Notes: a model not told the origin generated them from the sequence alone. Positions 20,233 to 31,020 are shown, counted from the first letter of the stretch. The stretch is DNA of 64,000 nt from Myxococcota bacterium (GCA_036339465.1 JAYZAY010000073.1:1-64000); one strand, 5' to 3'. A program made the numbers and translations.

Positions 20233-21161
20233 TCGCATACATCATTCGAAAACTTCTCGAGGGTATTCCCACAGTATTCGGAGTCACCATAGTAACCTTT
20301 CTGCTCTTCAATGTTTTCGGCGGGAATCCTGTCCTACAATTTTTGGGGAAAAGTGCAACCAATGCCGAAATTGCAGCCATGGAGGCTCAATATGGCTTCG
20401 ACCGGCCCCTGGCCCATCAATATGTCGATTATTTAGGAGAAGTCATCACCTTCGATTTTGGCAAATCATTTGTAACCAAGGAGAAGGTCTTAGAGATGAT
20501 TAAAGAGCGGGCCATCCCCTCACTCGCGCTGACCATACCCGCACTTCTTGCCACCAGCCTGCTCTCAGTGTGCATTGCCCTAATCGCTGCATTCTACCGA
20601 GGGCAAAGAACCGACAAGATCCTCATGTTCTTCGCCGTCTTAGGTATGAGTGTCAGCTTCCTGGTTTACATCGTTGTGGGGCAATATATCCTGGCCTTCC
20701 GGTTTCCTGTTTTTCAAATACACGGTTACCTCCCAGGCCCACAACAATGGCAATACCTCATACTTCCAATGCTCATTATGCTGATCGTGGGGATGGGGTA
20801 CGACACTCGGTTTTATCGGTCGATCATGGTCGAGGAAACCGGCAAGGACTACGTTCGTACCGCTTTCGCCAAGGGCGTGAGCCGGCCGCGAGCACTCTTT
20901 GTCCATGTGGCCCGAAATGCCATGGTTCAAATCGTGACCCGAATCATGATATCTGTCCCCTTCCTCGTTACAGGTTCATTGCTACTGGAATCCTTTTTTG
21001 GCATACCTGGCATGGGGAGCATGCTTCTTGACGCTCTCAACGCTTCAGACTTCCCGGTCATCAAAGCCTATACCGTCATGATTTCAATTCTATTTGTCGT
21101 ATCGAATCTTTTAACCGATGTGCTCTACGCCATCGTCGACCCCCGTGTCCGGCTAGGGTAA
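20229..21161 (+). CDS. Peptide ABC transporter permease (OppB/DppB-like)
   Basis: DYVRTAFAKG loop, ESFFGIPGMG, YAIVDPRVR; ATGA overlap with the SBP gene. Confidence 0.92.
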   Translation: MIAYIIRKLLEGIPTVFGVTIVTFLLFNVFGGNPVLQFLGKSATNAEIAAMEAQYGFDRPLAHQYVDYLGEVITFDFGKSFVTKEKVLEMIKERAIPSLALTIPALLATSLLSVCIALIAAFYRGQRTDKILMFFAVLGMSVSFLVYIVVGQYILAFRFPVFQIHGYLPGPQQWQYLILPMLIMLIVGMGYDTRFYRSIMVEETGKDYVRTAFAKGVSRPRALFVHVARNAMVQIVTRIMISVPFLVTGSLLLESFFGIPGMGSMLLDALNASDFPVIKAYTVMISILFVVSNLLTDVLYAIVDPRVRLG

Positions 21162-21166
21162 CACCC

Positions 21167-22066
21167 ATGAATTTGATTAGTTTCGCACTCATCGCGGGAA
21201 TATTCACACTCGCATTAACAACCATTACCCGTTCACCTCGTGCCTGGAGAAAGCTAAAAAAGGACCGTTCCGCCCTGTTTTCCGGGGCCGTTATTGTGGT
21301 TTATGCCCTCGCAGCCATTACAGTTTCAGGGGGCATTATCGCCACTGAAACTGATATCCAGGTGGGAGAAAAATTCCTCGCTCCCTGCGCTCAACACCTT
21401 CTGGGAACAGACCGCCTTGGCCGCGATATTTTCACGCGCGTGGTATACGCCAATAAAATTGCCTTTATGGTAGGCATCGTATCAGCCACCGCAGCCGTCA
21501 TCATTGGTACGATTCTCGGTGGACTCGCTGGGTATTTTGGAGGCTGGGTAGACAGTGTCATCGTCTGGTTCTATTCAACCATCCAGTCCATACCCTATTT
21601 ATTATTGCTCATCGCCCTCACCTGGATTGCGGGAAAAGGAATCAACGGACTCTATGTTGCATTTTGCGCCACTTATTGGGTTGGGCCGTGTCGTCTTATC
21701 CGGGGAGAAGTGTTAAAGCTTCGCAATGCTGAATACATACAATCAGCACATGCAATGGGCATGGGGAATTTGAGAATATTATTCCGACATATCATTCCCA
21801 ATACACTCCACATCAGCCTCGTTAACTTCGCATTGCTCTTTATCGGCGCCATTAAATCCGAAGTAATCCTCTCCTACCTGGGATTAGGTGTCCAAGGAGA
21901 ACCAAGTTGGGGCACGATGATCGACCAGGCACGCGCAGAGTTAATCAATGGCTTCTACTGGCAAATAGGCGGCGCGACGGTGGCAATGTTTGGTTTGGTA
22001 CTCGCATTCAACATATTCACCGACGCCCTTCAAGACGCATTTGACCCGAAAGCCCAAAAGCCCTAG
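21167..22066 (+). CDS. Peptide ABC transporter permease (OppC/DppC-like)
   Basis: LGTDRLGRD, EYIQSAHAMG, HIIPN, LSYLGLG, PSWG, DAFDPK. Confidence 0.92.
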   Translation: MNLISFALIAGIFTLALTTITRSPRAWRKLKKDRSALFSGAVIVVYALAAITVSGGIIATETDIQVGEKFLAPCAQHLLGTDRLGRDIFTRVVYANKIAFMVGIVSATAAVIIGTILGGLAGYFGGWVDSVIVWFYSTIQSIPYLLLLIALTWIAGKGINGLYVAFCATYWVGPCRLIRGEVLKLRNAEYIQSAHAMGMGNLRILFRHIIPNTLHISLVNFALLFIGAIKSEVILSYLGLGVQGEPSWGTMIDQARAELINGFYWQIGGATVAMFGLVLAFNIFTDALQDAFDPKAQKP

Positions 22067-22296
22067 CGCAAATCATCGATATCGATACAATTAAGCGCCT
22101 TAGGTATCTCAGCGCCACTCTCCCGAGCATGCTCGCGCAGGGCATAGACAACATTCCCTAAGACTATCTCAGTTGTCTCAATTTGCCTAACTTCTCGATT
22201 ACCAAAGGGTTCGATTTCCAAATCCAACTCGTCACTCAGGTCGAAAAGACCGACTGGATCGTGCAACTTCAACTTATCCTGACCTAAAATCATCAC
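22063..22296 (-). CDS. Small acidic hypothetical protein (77 aa)
   Basis: AGGAGG upstream of GTG/ATG; converges on the permease stop with a 4-bp overlap. Confidence 0.55.
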   Translation of the reverse strand: MMILGQDKLKLHDPVGLFDLSDELDLEIEPFGNREVRQIETTEIVLGNVVYALREHARESGAEIPKALNCIDIDDLR

Positions 22297-22549
22297 AATC
22301 CCTCCTACCGCGAGTATACTCCTAGAAACACCAGAAGTATGCCGAATTACTTCCTCTCAGGATCTTAAAAAAACCCCAGACATTCTCTAATAAAATTGGT
22401 AAGTTATAGTAAAAGCCCACACCGGATTTCGTGTTAAAAGTAGACAAACTCAGCTCTTTTCCATACATCTTCCCACACAAGCCGCGCCGGTGGCCACTCA
22501 AAATCACCGGAAATACCCACGTGAAGCAACCAGGGTAGGAGTTAGAAGC

Positions 22550-23035
22550 ATGTCGAGACCTTACCGAATTTGTTTTGTTTGCTTGGGTAATATCTGTAGG
22601 TCTCCCACCGCCGAGGGCGTGATGCTTCACCAATTGAAAGCGGAGCCCACACTTCGAATGGAAGTGGACAGTGCGGGAACCGGCGCCTGGCATGCAGGGG
22701 AAACCGCCGATTCACGTGCTCAGAGTACCGCCAGAAAAAGACAAATTACGCTCCCCAGTCGCGCCCGACAATTTAAGGCCCGTGATTTCGAAACCTTCGA
22801 TCTCATTTTGGCCATGGACCAAGAAAACCTCAAGCAATTACAAATTCTTGCAAAAAACGAAAAACAACGGTCAAAACTCCGATTATTCAGAGACTTCGAT
22901 TCCACCATTCAAGGAGCAGGCGATGTGCCAGATCCCTACTACGGTGGAGAAAACGGATTTGAAGAGGTCTTCGATATGTGTGAGAGAACCTGCCGATCCC
23001 TCATTCGATATATTAAAAAAGAACATTTGCAATGA
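22550..23035 (+). CDS. Low-molecular-weight protein-tyrosine phosphatase
   Basis: VCLGNICRS, DSAGT, AMD, DVPDPYYG; AGGAG upstream. Confidence 0.95.
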   Translation: MSRPYRICFVCLGNICRSPTAEGVMLHQLKAEPTLRMEVDSAGTGAWHAGETADSRAQSTARKRQITLPSRARQFKARDFETFDLILAMDQENLKQLQILAKNEKQRSKLRLFRDFDSTIQGAGDVPDPYYGGENGFEEVFDMCERTCRSLIRYIKKEHLQ

Positions 23036-23910
23036 CCTGTTCTCAATCGAACAAAGAAATCCATTCAGAGATCGAAAAGATATTAGACACCAAGATACTC
23101 GCATCGTTTCGCGTTTCGGGGGGGGATATCAACGAAACATATCGTCTCAAACTTTCACAGGGAACGGTTTTCCTGAAGACAAACACACGTGCCCCCAAGG
23201 ATCTCTTTCAGGCCGAAGCCAAGGGACTTAAATGGCTAAGTGAGACAAAAGCCATCCGTGTGCCAAAGGTTCTAGGTGTGTCGTCTCCCCAAAGCCCAAT
23301 CCCCTTCCTGATCTTAGAAGAACTCGAATTCACCCCACCGACGGAAAAATTTGGTATCCAATTGGGACGGGCTCTAGCCAACCAGCACAGGCTAACCTCC
23401 GCCCGTTGTGGGCTCGACCACAACAACTATATCGGCACACTTCCTCAAATGAACACGCCGCACCCCAATTGGCTTACCTTCTACAGAGAATACAGATTAT
23501 TGCCACAAATCACGGCGGCCGTGCGAGCAAATCGAATTAATTCAAAGCTTGAGAAAGACCTCAAAAGCTTACTTAATCGCTTGGGGGACCACATTCCAAC
23601 AGCCCCTCCCCTATCACGACTCCACGGAGATTTGTGGTCAGGAAACTACGCCTGTATCTCAAGGGATACGCCAGTCATTTTCGACCCCGCCGCTTATGCG
23701 GGTGACCGCGAAATAGATATAGCCATGATGATCCTCTTTGGCCACATACCATCACAAACCCTAGCTGCCTACAACCAATCCTGGCCGCTTCCGAAAGGAT
23801 GGCAGGAGCGAGTGAAACTTTATCAGCTCTATCCGCTTCTCGTCCATGTCAATCTTTTTGGGGACTCATACGCCAACTCGGTTTCCGAGAGTATTCGCCC
23901 TTATATCTAG
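23032..23910 (+). CDS. Fructosamine/ketosamine kinase family protein
   Basis: GGDIN, FLK, NYIG, LHGDLWSGN, FDPA, LYQLYPLLVHVNLFG; ATGA overlap with the LMW-PTP. Confidence 0.92.
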   Translation: MTCSQSNKEIHSEIEKILDTKILASFRVSGGDINETYRLKLSQGTVFLKTNTRAPKDLFQAEAKGLKWLSETKAIRVPKVLGVSSPQSPIPFLILEELEFTPPTEKFGIQLGRALANQHRLTSARCGLDHNNYIGTLPQMNTPHPNWLTFYREYRLLPQITAAVRANRINSKLEKDLKSLLNRLGDHIPTAPPLSRLHGDLWSGNYACISRDTPVIFDPAAYAGDREIDIAMMILFGHIPSQTLAAYNQSWPLPKGWQERVKLYQLYPLLVHVNLFGDSYANSVSESIRPYI

Positions 23911-24569
23911 AGCGGAGAGGCGCCCTTTAGAGACTCGGCCACTTCAAAGCTGAGCACTTCCCAAAACCGGTCAAACGCTTCTTCCTCAAGCATCAGAAGC
24001 GATTCAAATTGGGATTGAGCAATACCCCCTAACTGAAGCAATTCTTTTTTCATCGCAACCAAATGCTGCTCTTCCTCCTTCAGTAGACTTGCAATCGGCG
24101 TCCCTTTCCCGAACACCTCTTTCTGTACCAAAAGAAGATCACCATAAAAAGCCAGAGCCCTATTCTCTATTAAATAACTGGTACACAGATAACGGAGGAA
24201 GGAGTCAGATTTTTTCTCAACACCCTTTATATTTTGGTTCACCCATTCTTCAGAATAACGGTCGATGGTTTGAAAATAACTTTCCGCAGCAACCTTTGCC
24301 AGGGTATTGGAATCGGTAAAGCCCTCTGCTAATTCCGCGCCCCCAAAATCTGTAGCCATTCGCTTTAGTAGCTTCGCGTGTCTAATTTCCTCCTCAGCAT
24401 GGCCCATAACTTGAAGAGAAAATCCACTCGCGTCTAAGGATTTGATGATTTTTCGAACCCCGATGTATTCAAGGAAACTCGCCATATTCAAAAGCTTGCC
24501 GTGCAAGTAACCATGGGGAACACTTTCCCGAAACCTCTGAATATAAATTGACTCTGTCGTTGCGCACAT
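23907..24569 (-). CDS. Ferritin-like (diiron-carboxylate) protein of unknown function
   Basis: E...EEIRH...E...EEQH ligand pattern in a helical protein. Confidence 0.65.
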   Translation of the reverse strand: MCATTESIYIQRFRESVPHGYLHGKLLNMASFLEYIGVRKIIKSLDASGFSLQVMGHAEEEIRHAKLLKRMATDFGGAELAEGFTDSNTLAKVAAESYFQTIDRYSEEWVNQNIKGVEKKSDSFLRYLCTSYLIENRALAFYGDLLLVQKEVFGKGTPIASLLKEEEQHLVAMKKELLQLGGIAQSQFESLLMLEEEAFDRFWEVLSFEVAESLKGASPL

Positions 24570-24666
24570 CGTTTTCTCATTCCACCCTTCAAGCTCCCTT
24601 TACGACTAAAACGAATAACGCACAAGACACTCGACAGATTTACCGTGTCTCGTTATCTGGTCGAAT

Positions 24667-25248
24667 ATGGATATTGACCTCCTCATTCACCAACTCGAAG
24701 CCGCCCCGCGTTTCTATAAAAACGAATCCGTCATAAAACTGATGAGCCTAATCAGAGAATTTCGCCACACTTGCCTTAGCAGAGATCATTTCAGCCCAGG
24801 GCACCTCACGGCCAGCGCATTCGTAGCCAGTCCCGACCGAAAAAGCGTCCTCCTCATTCACCATCGTAAACTTCGAAAGTGGCTGCAACCCGGAGGCCAT
24901 CTTGAGGCCTATGATTCTGGGCCCTTAGATGCTGCTCGAAGAGAACTCGAAGAAGAAACAGGGCTCGGAGACTTGGACGTTTATCCCTTGGATACAATCC
25001 CTTTCGACATCGATATTCATAAAATCCCAGGTTCTCAGAAGACGCCACCCCATCTTCATTTTGATCTTAGATTCGCTTTTCAACTGGCACCCACCGCAAA
25101 ATCAGGCGGACTCTCTGGTGACGAAATGGCCGTTTGGGCCCCTATTTCCAACCTTCAGAGCTTTGAAACCGATACTTCGGTCATCCGCTCAACCTCCCTG
25201 CTCCTAGGGAATTACCCGGTAAGATCAGCAGAACCCTGGTTGCTTTAA
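24667..25248 (+). CDS. NUDIX hydrolase
   Basis: GHLTASA, WLQPGGH, Nudix box AARRELEEETGL, HLHFDLR. Confidence 0.9.
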   Translation: MDIDLLIHQLEAAPRFYKNESVIKLMSLIREFRHTCLSRDHFSPGHLTASAFVASPDRKSVLLIHHRKLRKWLQPGGHLEAYDSGPLDAARRELEEETGLGDLDVYPLDTIPFDIDIHKIPGSQKTPPHLHFDLRFAFQLAPTAKSGGLSGDEMAVWAPISNLQSFETDTSVIRSTSLLLGNYPVRSAEPWLL

Positions 25249-25276
25249 ACGCAGTCGTTGTTATGGCGTATAAACG

Positions 25277-26010
25277 ATGATCCATAAGACAACCTTAATG
25301 GTAAATGACGATCTATCGGTCGTCACCCTCCAGCGTGCGCTGCTGAAACAGCTTGGTTACCGAGATGTGGTTACAGCGAATGAGGGTTTTGAGGTCCTGT
25401 ATTTCATGCCTGAAATACAGCCTGACGCGGAGTTTTTCACATTTAAATACCCGGCCTCGACGGCTGGTTGATTTGCGAAATTATCCACAAGGTAGACCAC
25501 TGAAAAAACATCCCCATCATTGTTCAATGTGCATTGTTCGGCACCGATAATATACCTAAAGGCCTCAGTTTTGGCGCAAAAACTTACCGAGAAACCCGTT
25601 TACACAGGGCGGGGGCTCATCTTCGCGAAGCCTTAAGCCTATCAAATCAATTGGCGGGTCAAAAATGGGATTATGTTGGAATCATTCCATTGAAGAGGAG
25701 TGGCGCAACTCGAAGTCTGAGTGGGCTTGGATAGAGCTTCGCAGAACTTGCCGCCCAAAGGCCTTTGCATTGTCGGTACCGAGAAAGTCATAAGCGACAA
25801 TGAAATCAATAAATCCGTCGAGCAAATCATGAAGATGCTCGCGGCGACCGCCCTCTGTCACTGGCCACCAACCGATCCAGTCCCGCCCGGAACCCCGAAA
25901 ACCATGACAAATAGTAAACTTCGATACCACGCGGAAGCGGAATTTAAGTATGTTGTCAAAATCGAAACCGGGCACTGGCAGTTCCCTATCGCCGTAACGA
26001 CCTGCCCCTC
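25277..26010 (+). pseudogene. Decayed response-regulator receiver + CheX-like gene
   Basis: Fragments in shifting frames: LMVNDD...LLKQLGY.DVVTANEG.E; *IPGLDGWLICEII...*KNIPIIV; GAKTY.EKP; then CheX-like WDYVGIIPL, EINKSVEQIMKMLAA, YVVKIETGHWQFPIAV; several frameshifts and stops. Confidence 0.65.
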
Positions 26011-26078
26011 AAGGATCTCATCCCCCCAGATTTTCGCCGAAAAAAATCAAGACAGTTCTGTAACCCCGACCACCCAAC

Positions 26079-28535
26079 TTAGCTTAGGTGGGAGCTTTTT
26101 GCGCGACTACATAGCGTTGATAAGTCCTCGCTGGCGTGCACAATACCCTCCCAATCCTTACGTTCCTTTAGCATATGCTCCAAATGCCTCGCGGCATCCG
26201 TGATGGAAGGATAACCGTAGCTACCTGCAGAACCCGCAAGCTGATGGGAGGTTCGCTGCAACGAATCCCAGTCACTCGCTTCCACTGCCTGACTAATTTG
26301 AGAAAGTCGGTCATTGAGACTTTCAATGAAAATATCGACCAACTCACGCATTTCTGAGTCGCCGGAAAACTCACTTAAGAGAGGTTCAAAATCTCCTGCC
26401 CCTGCAAGTTCACCAAAACGAGAGCCATCGTCCGGGGCTCCATTCCTCTTCTTGGGCATTCCACCCTGACCAGGTCCCTCACCATTATCAGACGCTAAGC
26501 TTAGCGACACCGAGGCTTGCTCCAAGACGGACTCGGCCGAGATGCAACGCGGCTCCCCGCTTGCCAACAAAAATTGTTCAACGAGTCCCAATAGCTCACT
26601 AACCCGGATCGGTTTGGCGGTATAGTCATCACAACCAGCCTGTATACACTTCTCCCTATCCCCTGCCATCGCATGAGCGGTGAGTGCCACAACTGCCCCC
26701 TTGTATCCTAATGAACGTAGCTTGGTGGTTGCCGTGTACCCGTCCATTTCAGGCATTTGCATGTCCATCAAAATAACATGAAAAGGTTCCTTTGCTTCCC
26801 AATGTTGCATCGCATGTTCCACCGCTAGCCGACCATTTTCAGCAATGGTAACCTGGGCCCCCGCTTGTTTCAAGCGAAATGAAATCAGCCGCTGATTATC
26901 AATACCATCCTCGGCTAAAAGCACCTTAGCGCCTCGGATATCCACCGTAGAGCTCTCTTCCTGGCCCACGGAAGAGACAACGAGCATCGCCTCCTTAGGA
27001 TTATCAATATACCCCACGCTTCCGAGAGGCCCAGGATCGATGGTTAGCGAAAAGACACTCCCCAGCCCCGGCACACTTTGAACTTCAATATTTCCACCTA
27101 ATAATGCAGCCAGGCTTTTTGTAATGGCCAATCCAAGTCCTGTGCCACCAAATTCACGGGTCGTCGAAGTATCCGCCTGCTCAAAAGGTTGAAAAATCTT
27201 ATCGACCTGATGAGGCGACATGCCAATCCCCGTATCCTTGACCTGAAACCGTATCAGGGCCTTAGCCCCAGAACGTATCACGCCTACAATAATTTCTACC
27301 TTACCTTTTTCCGTAAACTTAATCGCGTTACCTACCAAGTTCACCAGCATCTGCCGCAGGCGTGTCGGATCTGTCTGAATCGTTTTAGGAATTGACCCTT
27401 CATAGTCAACGTCAAATTCCAGTTCCTTTTCTCCCGCTTTATGCTGCATCAACGAACGCACATCAGCGAGCAATTGGACCAAATTGACAGGCAAGACCTC
27501 CGTCGTCATCTTCCCTGCCTCAATCTTGCTGATATCGAGAATATCGTTGACAATATTCAGGAGGTGTTCACCATTGCGCCTCACCGTCTGAATACACGAG
27601 ATCCTATCACTGATCGATTGCCTCGGGTTCAAAAGTAAATCGGAAAATCCAAGTATAGCGGTCATCGGTGTTCGGATCTCATGGCTCATATTTGCCAAAA
27701 AATCTGTTTTCGCCTTATCCGCCATTTCAGCCCTTTCTTTAGCTTCTGCAATTTCGGCGGTCCTTTTTGCAACCCTCTCCTCCAATTCATCTTGTGCCCG
27801 AAGAAGTTCGTGATTTCGAGTACCGATTTCCCACAGCATATCATTAAAGGCATCCGTCAATACCCCAATTTCATCATCGTTGCCTCCATCCACAATGATT
27901 GAGAAATCTTGATTATCCGAAACTGTTTTCGCTGCACTTGCTAGGCGGTCGATGGGATCTGTAATATTGCGCTGCATCCTTCCAGATAAAAAAAACGAAA
28001 TAAAAGAGGCCACAATTAAAACACCAAACGTTATAAATACATGCTGTCTCAAACGTACCCACATCCCCAACGTATGCGCCTTAATCACCACTGAGCCGAT
28101 GACTGAGCCAACGGCGGAAATAGGGTCACCCACCACTATTGGCTGTTGTAAAATGAGATAATTTCCTTCAAATTCACGCTGCGCGAGAGCTGAATGGTCC
28201 GGTCCCCGCCAAAACACACCTTCTTCTCTCTCGAAACGCGCCAGGACATCACCATTTACAGCATAGAGAATCGCCGAAACGACATATTCCTTTCCCTCCA
28301 AGCTAGCCAATGCCTCTCCCGCCGCTTCCTCGTTTCCATTTTGAACAGCAGCCTTCGAAGCTGCTCCAATCACGCCCGCCATAGCCGACACGTCCGCCTG
28401 CAAACTTTGCCGATACGTGTAAAACTCGAATGTCATAAAGACAAAAGACGACAACAGTAATGCTAAAACCGACGCAACAATAGCGATCCTACTTATCTTT
28501 TGGGCAACAGAACCTCTAATCAGACCCAACTTCAT
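26079..28535 (-). CDS. Hybrid sensor histidine kinase (periplasmic sensor-HAMP-HisKA-HATPase-REC-Hpt)
   Basis: 2 [63 protein letters not shown]. Confidence 0.95.
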   Translation of the reverse strand: MKLGLIRGSVAQKISRIAIVASVLALLLSSFVFMTFEFYTYRQSLQADVSAMAGVIGAASKAAVQNGNEEAAGEALASLEGKEYVVSAILYAVNGDVLARFEREEGVFWRGPDHSALAQREFEGNYLILQQPIVVGDPISAVGSVIGSVVIKAHTLGMWVRLRQHVFITFGVLIVASFISFFLSGRMQRNITDPIDRLASAAKTVSDNQDFSIIVDGGNDDEIGVLTDAFNDMLWEIGTRNHELLRAQDELEERVAKRTAEIAEAKERAEMADKAKTDFLANMSHEIRTPMTAILGFSDLLLNPRQSISDRISCIQTVRRNGEHLLNIVNDILDISKIEAGKMTTEVLPVNLVQLLADVRSLMQHKAGEKELEFDVDYEGSIPKTIQTDPTRLRQMLVNLVGNAIKFTEKGKVEIIVGVIRSGAKALIRFQVKDTGIGMSPHQVDKIFQPFEQADTSTTREFGGTGLGLAITKSLAALLGGNIEVQSVPGLGSVFSLTIDPGPLGSVGYIDNPKEAMLVVSSVGQEESSTVDIRGAKVLLAEDGIDNQRLISFRLKQAGAQVTIAENGRLAVEHAMQHWEAKEPFHVILMDMQMPEMDGYTATTKLRSLGYKGAVVALTAHAMAGDREKCIQAGCDDYTAKPIRVSELLGLVEQFLLASGEPRCISAESVLEQASVSLSLASDNGEGPGQGGMPKKRNGAPDDGSRFGELAGAGDFEPLLSEFSGDSEMRELVDIFIESLNDRLSQISQAVEASDWDSLQRTSHQLAGSAGSYGYPSITDAARHLEHMLKERKDWEGIVHASEDLSTLCSRAKSSHLS

Positions 28536-28776
28536 ACAAACATACCACTTTCACGGAGTAACATAGCGAAACCTCATTCTCCCTTTGATTTTATGAACAT
28601 CTGCCCGTCCTGTTCAAATCTTTTTAACCGCTCCCACAAAAAACATTTACGACTAAACCGCCACAGCTCCACACCCACAACAAGCCCAAGCCGTTCAGCC
28701 CCAGCATGATGTTTGACATTACCTTACAATCGAGGGAAAATAACCTTTGGGTCGGACCTTAATTTGGACCATTACC

Positions 28777-29604
28777 ATGGAATTTTTTGGACAATATTTA
28801 CTCCGAGAAGGTGTGATCGACGTTGAGCAGTTGCGCCTAGCGCTAGAACTCATGGACCGTGAGAACCTAAGGCTAGGCCAGGTTGCCATAGAAGCTGGTT
28901 TCCTCACCGAAAGTCAGGCCACCGACGTCAACCGCGAGCAAACCTCCACCGATAAGCCGTTCGGTGCTATCTGTGTAAGCCACGGACTTATTTCAGAGGT
29001 CCAACTAAGGGATCTCTTGAAACTCCAAAATCAACGACGCGTCAGACTCGGGGAATCCCTAGTTCGCCTACAATATCTGAAACCCAATGAACTCGTCCAC
29101 CATCTCAGAAAATACAAAACCGAAACAGAGTATATCCTGATTCATAAAAGAGATCTGCCCGGATACCTTCAGAACCATCGAATCGCCGAATTTGTACTCG
29201 AACTTATACCGCGACTGACGCATCGAATCACCAGAGCCCAAGTTCGAATCCCGGGCCATTGTATCAAAAACGAGCGTTTAGAGATGCCCTGCTCCGCATC
29301 GCTACTCCTACGTTCGGAGCACGGACTGCGGATTGCCCTCGGGTGCGATGAACTTTTCGCACGGGAACTAACCTTTGGGGTTTTTGGAACAGGCACGAAA
29401 GACGGGCTCGATAAGTCGCTTCAAAATGATGCTATCGGCGAATTCCTCTGCATGGTTGGGGGCAATTCTATCGCCGGTTTGGAACAAGAGGGGATCCCAT
29501 GTGATATAGATCCTCCGCTCCTAGGCATCCCTCCCACAGGAGGCTGGTTGTTCCCTCTCAGCGCAACCACAGGTCGTGTTAATTTAGTCCTCAGCCAACC
29601 ATAG
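28777..29604 (+). CDS. MshEN-like repeat + CheX-like domain protein
   Basis: Four repeats starting FGQYLL/RLGQVAI/FGAICV/RLGESLV; C-terminal DAIGEFLCMVGGN. Confidence 0.7.
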   Translation: MEFFGQYLLREGVIDVEQLRLALELMDRENLRLGQVAIEAGFLTESQATDVNREQTSTDKPFGAICVSHGLISEVQLRDLLKLQNQRRVRLGESLVRLQYLKPNELVHHLRKYKTETEYILIHKRDLPGYLQNHRIAEFVLELIPRLTHRITRAQVRIPGHCIKNERLEMPCSASLLLRSEHGLRIALGCDELFARELTFGVFGTGTKDGLDKSLQNDAIGEFLCMVGGNSIAGLEQEGIPCDIDPPLLGIPPTGGWLFPLSATTGRVNLVLSQP

Positions 29605-29694
29605 ACTCGCAGCCATCTCCACTCCGAAAAATCTAAGAGCGGCGAAACGTCTATTTTTCATTTAGCTGCTTAATATTTATTATCGGTCAATTTG

Positions 29695-31020
29695 TCATCT
29701 TTTGAGAATCACAACCGCTTCATAATGTTCCGTCCGTGGAAACTGGTCCACACATGCAATTTTTTCCACTCTAAATCCTGCATGCACCAGCACCGGGAAA
29801 TCTCTTTTCAGGGCTTCTGGCTGGCAAGCAAGTAAAGCTATTTCCTGGATAGACGAATTTCCCTGAATGCTTTGGAGTAATTCCGAACCCATCCCGCAGC
29901 GAGGTGGGTCAACAACAAGCACGTCCGGAGACTCATCACGAATCAATGCCGGACCAATCTTTCGAGCATCCCCAGCTATTGCAGTTACCCCAGAAATCCC
30001 TAACCTCTCTTCATTCTTATGTGCGAAAGCCACCTCTTCTTCACCCAACTCCACAGTCCAGAGTCTCTGAATTTTCGAAAGGAGTGGATAGGTCAAAGCC
30101 CCAACCCCAGAAAAAAGCTCCACACCTTTCTTAGCGGCGGACAAGCCATCGCAAACGTATCCAAACATGGACTCAGCCATGGGTGGATTGATTTGAAAAA
30201 ATGAATTGGCGCCCAATCGGTAGTGGTAATCGTCAATATATTCCTCAACCCATGGCTTCCCCGCCAAAGCTGAAGGTTCTCCCGTCAATATTTTATTTGT
30301 CCTCAGGTCATTCTCAAAGCAAACCACGCCGCTTAATGACTCCATCTTCTCGCATTCCTCCAAGGCCCACTTTCCCCAGGCTTTCTGACTGTATAAGCCG
30401 CCAGGCACCACAACCAAAGACAACAATGCTGATTTACTTTTCCTCCCCCATCGTATTGTGAGATAGCGAAGTCCGCCCTCATCCGGAAAAATTGGCATTT
30501 CATTATTTTTCAGACTTTCCGTTACGCTGAAAACCAGGCTTCTCAATTCAGGAATAAGGACCTTGCAATGAACATTGTCGGTCACTTCATGAGTACCACG
30601 CCGAAAAGATCCGAAAAGGGTCCTATTCCCGTCTCTCTCTGCGACCAACTTTACATAGTGCCGATAATTGTAAGGAGAAGTCGGCCCGATGAAATCAAGG
30701 GGGACATCCGATTCCCCTAAACCGTCCAAAAGATCCTGAAACCTTCGCTTCTTAAACAAAGCCTCACTGGTGTAGTCATTTCTAAGAAACGTACAGCCCG
30801 TACACCCCATCAAATGCCGACAAGTGGAAGTTTCTTCCGATTTATCAATGATGAAGTCAACACAACGGCCTTGGACCGTTTTTGCAGACTCGCGATCGAT
30901 CTCAACCCAAACGTCCTCTCCAACCACTGCATTTGGGACCAAAACATTCTTGCCGGCATGTTGTGCCCACCCACGACCATCGTGATTCCGTGCCTCAATG
31001 GTTACCCGTATTTTGGTCAT
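29695..31020 (-). CDS. rlmD: TrmA/RlmD family RNA (uracil-5)-methyltransferase
   Basis: TRAM-like N-terminus, CRHLMGCTGC Fe-S motif, SFFQIN, ELFSGVG, VDPPR, ACQP, DQFPRTEHYE. Confidence 0.88.
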   Translation of the reverse strand: MTKIRVTIEARNHDGRGWAQHAGKNVLVPNAVVGEDVWVEIDRESAKTVQGRCVDFIIDKSEETSTCRHLMGCTGCTFLRNDYTSEALFKKRRFQDLLDGLGESDVPLDFIGPTSPYNYRHYVKLVAERDGNRTLFGSFRRGTHEVTDNVHCKVLIPELRSLVFSVTESLKNNEMPIFPDEGGLRYLTIRWGRKSKSALLSLVVVPGGLYSQKAWGKWALEECEKMESLSGVVCFENDLRTNKILTGEPSALAGKPWVEEYIDDYHYRLGANSFFQINPPMAESMFGYVCDGLSAAKKGVELFSGVGALTYPLLSKIQRLWTVELGEEEVAFAHKNEERLGISGVTAIAGDARKIGPALIRDESPDVLVVDPPRCGMGSELLQSIQGNSSIQEIALLACQPEALKRDFPVLVHAGFRVEKIACVDQFPRTEHYEAVVILKR

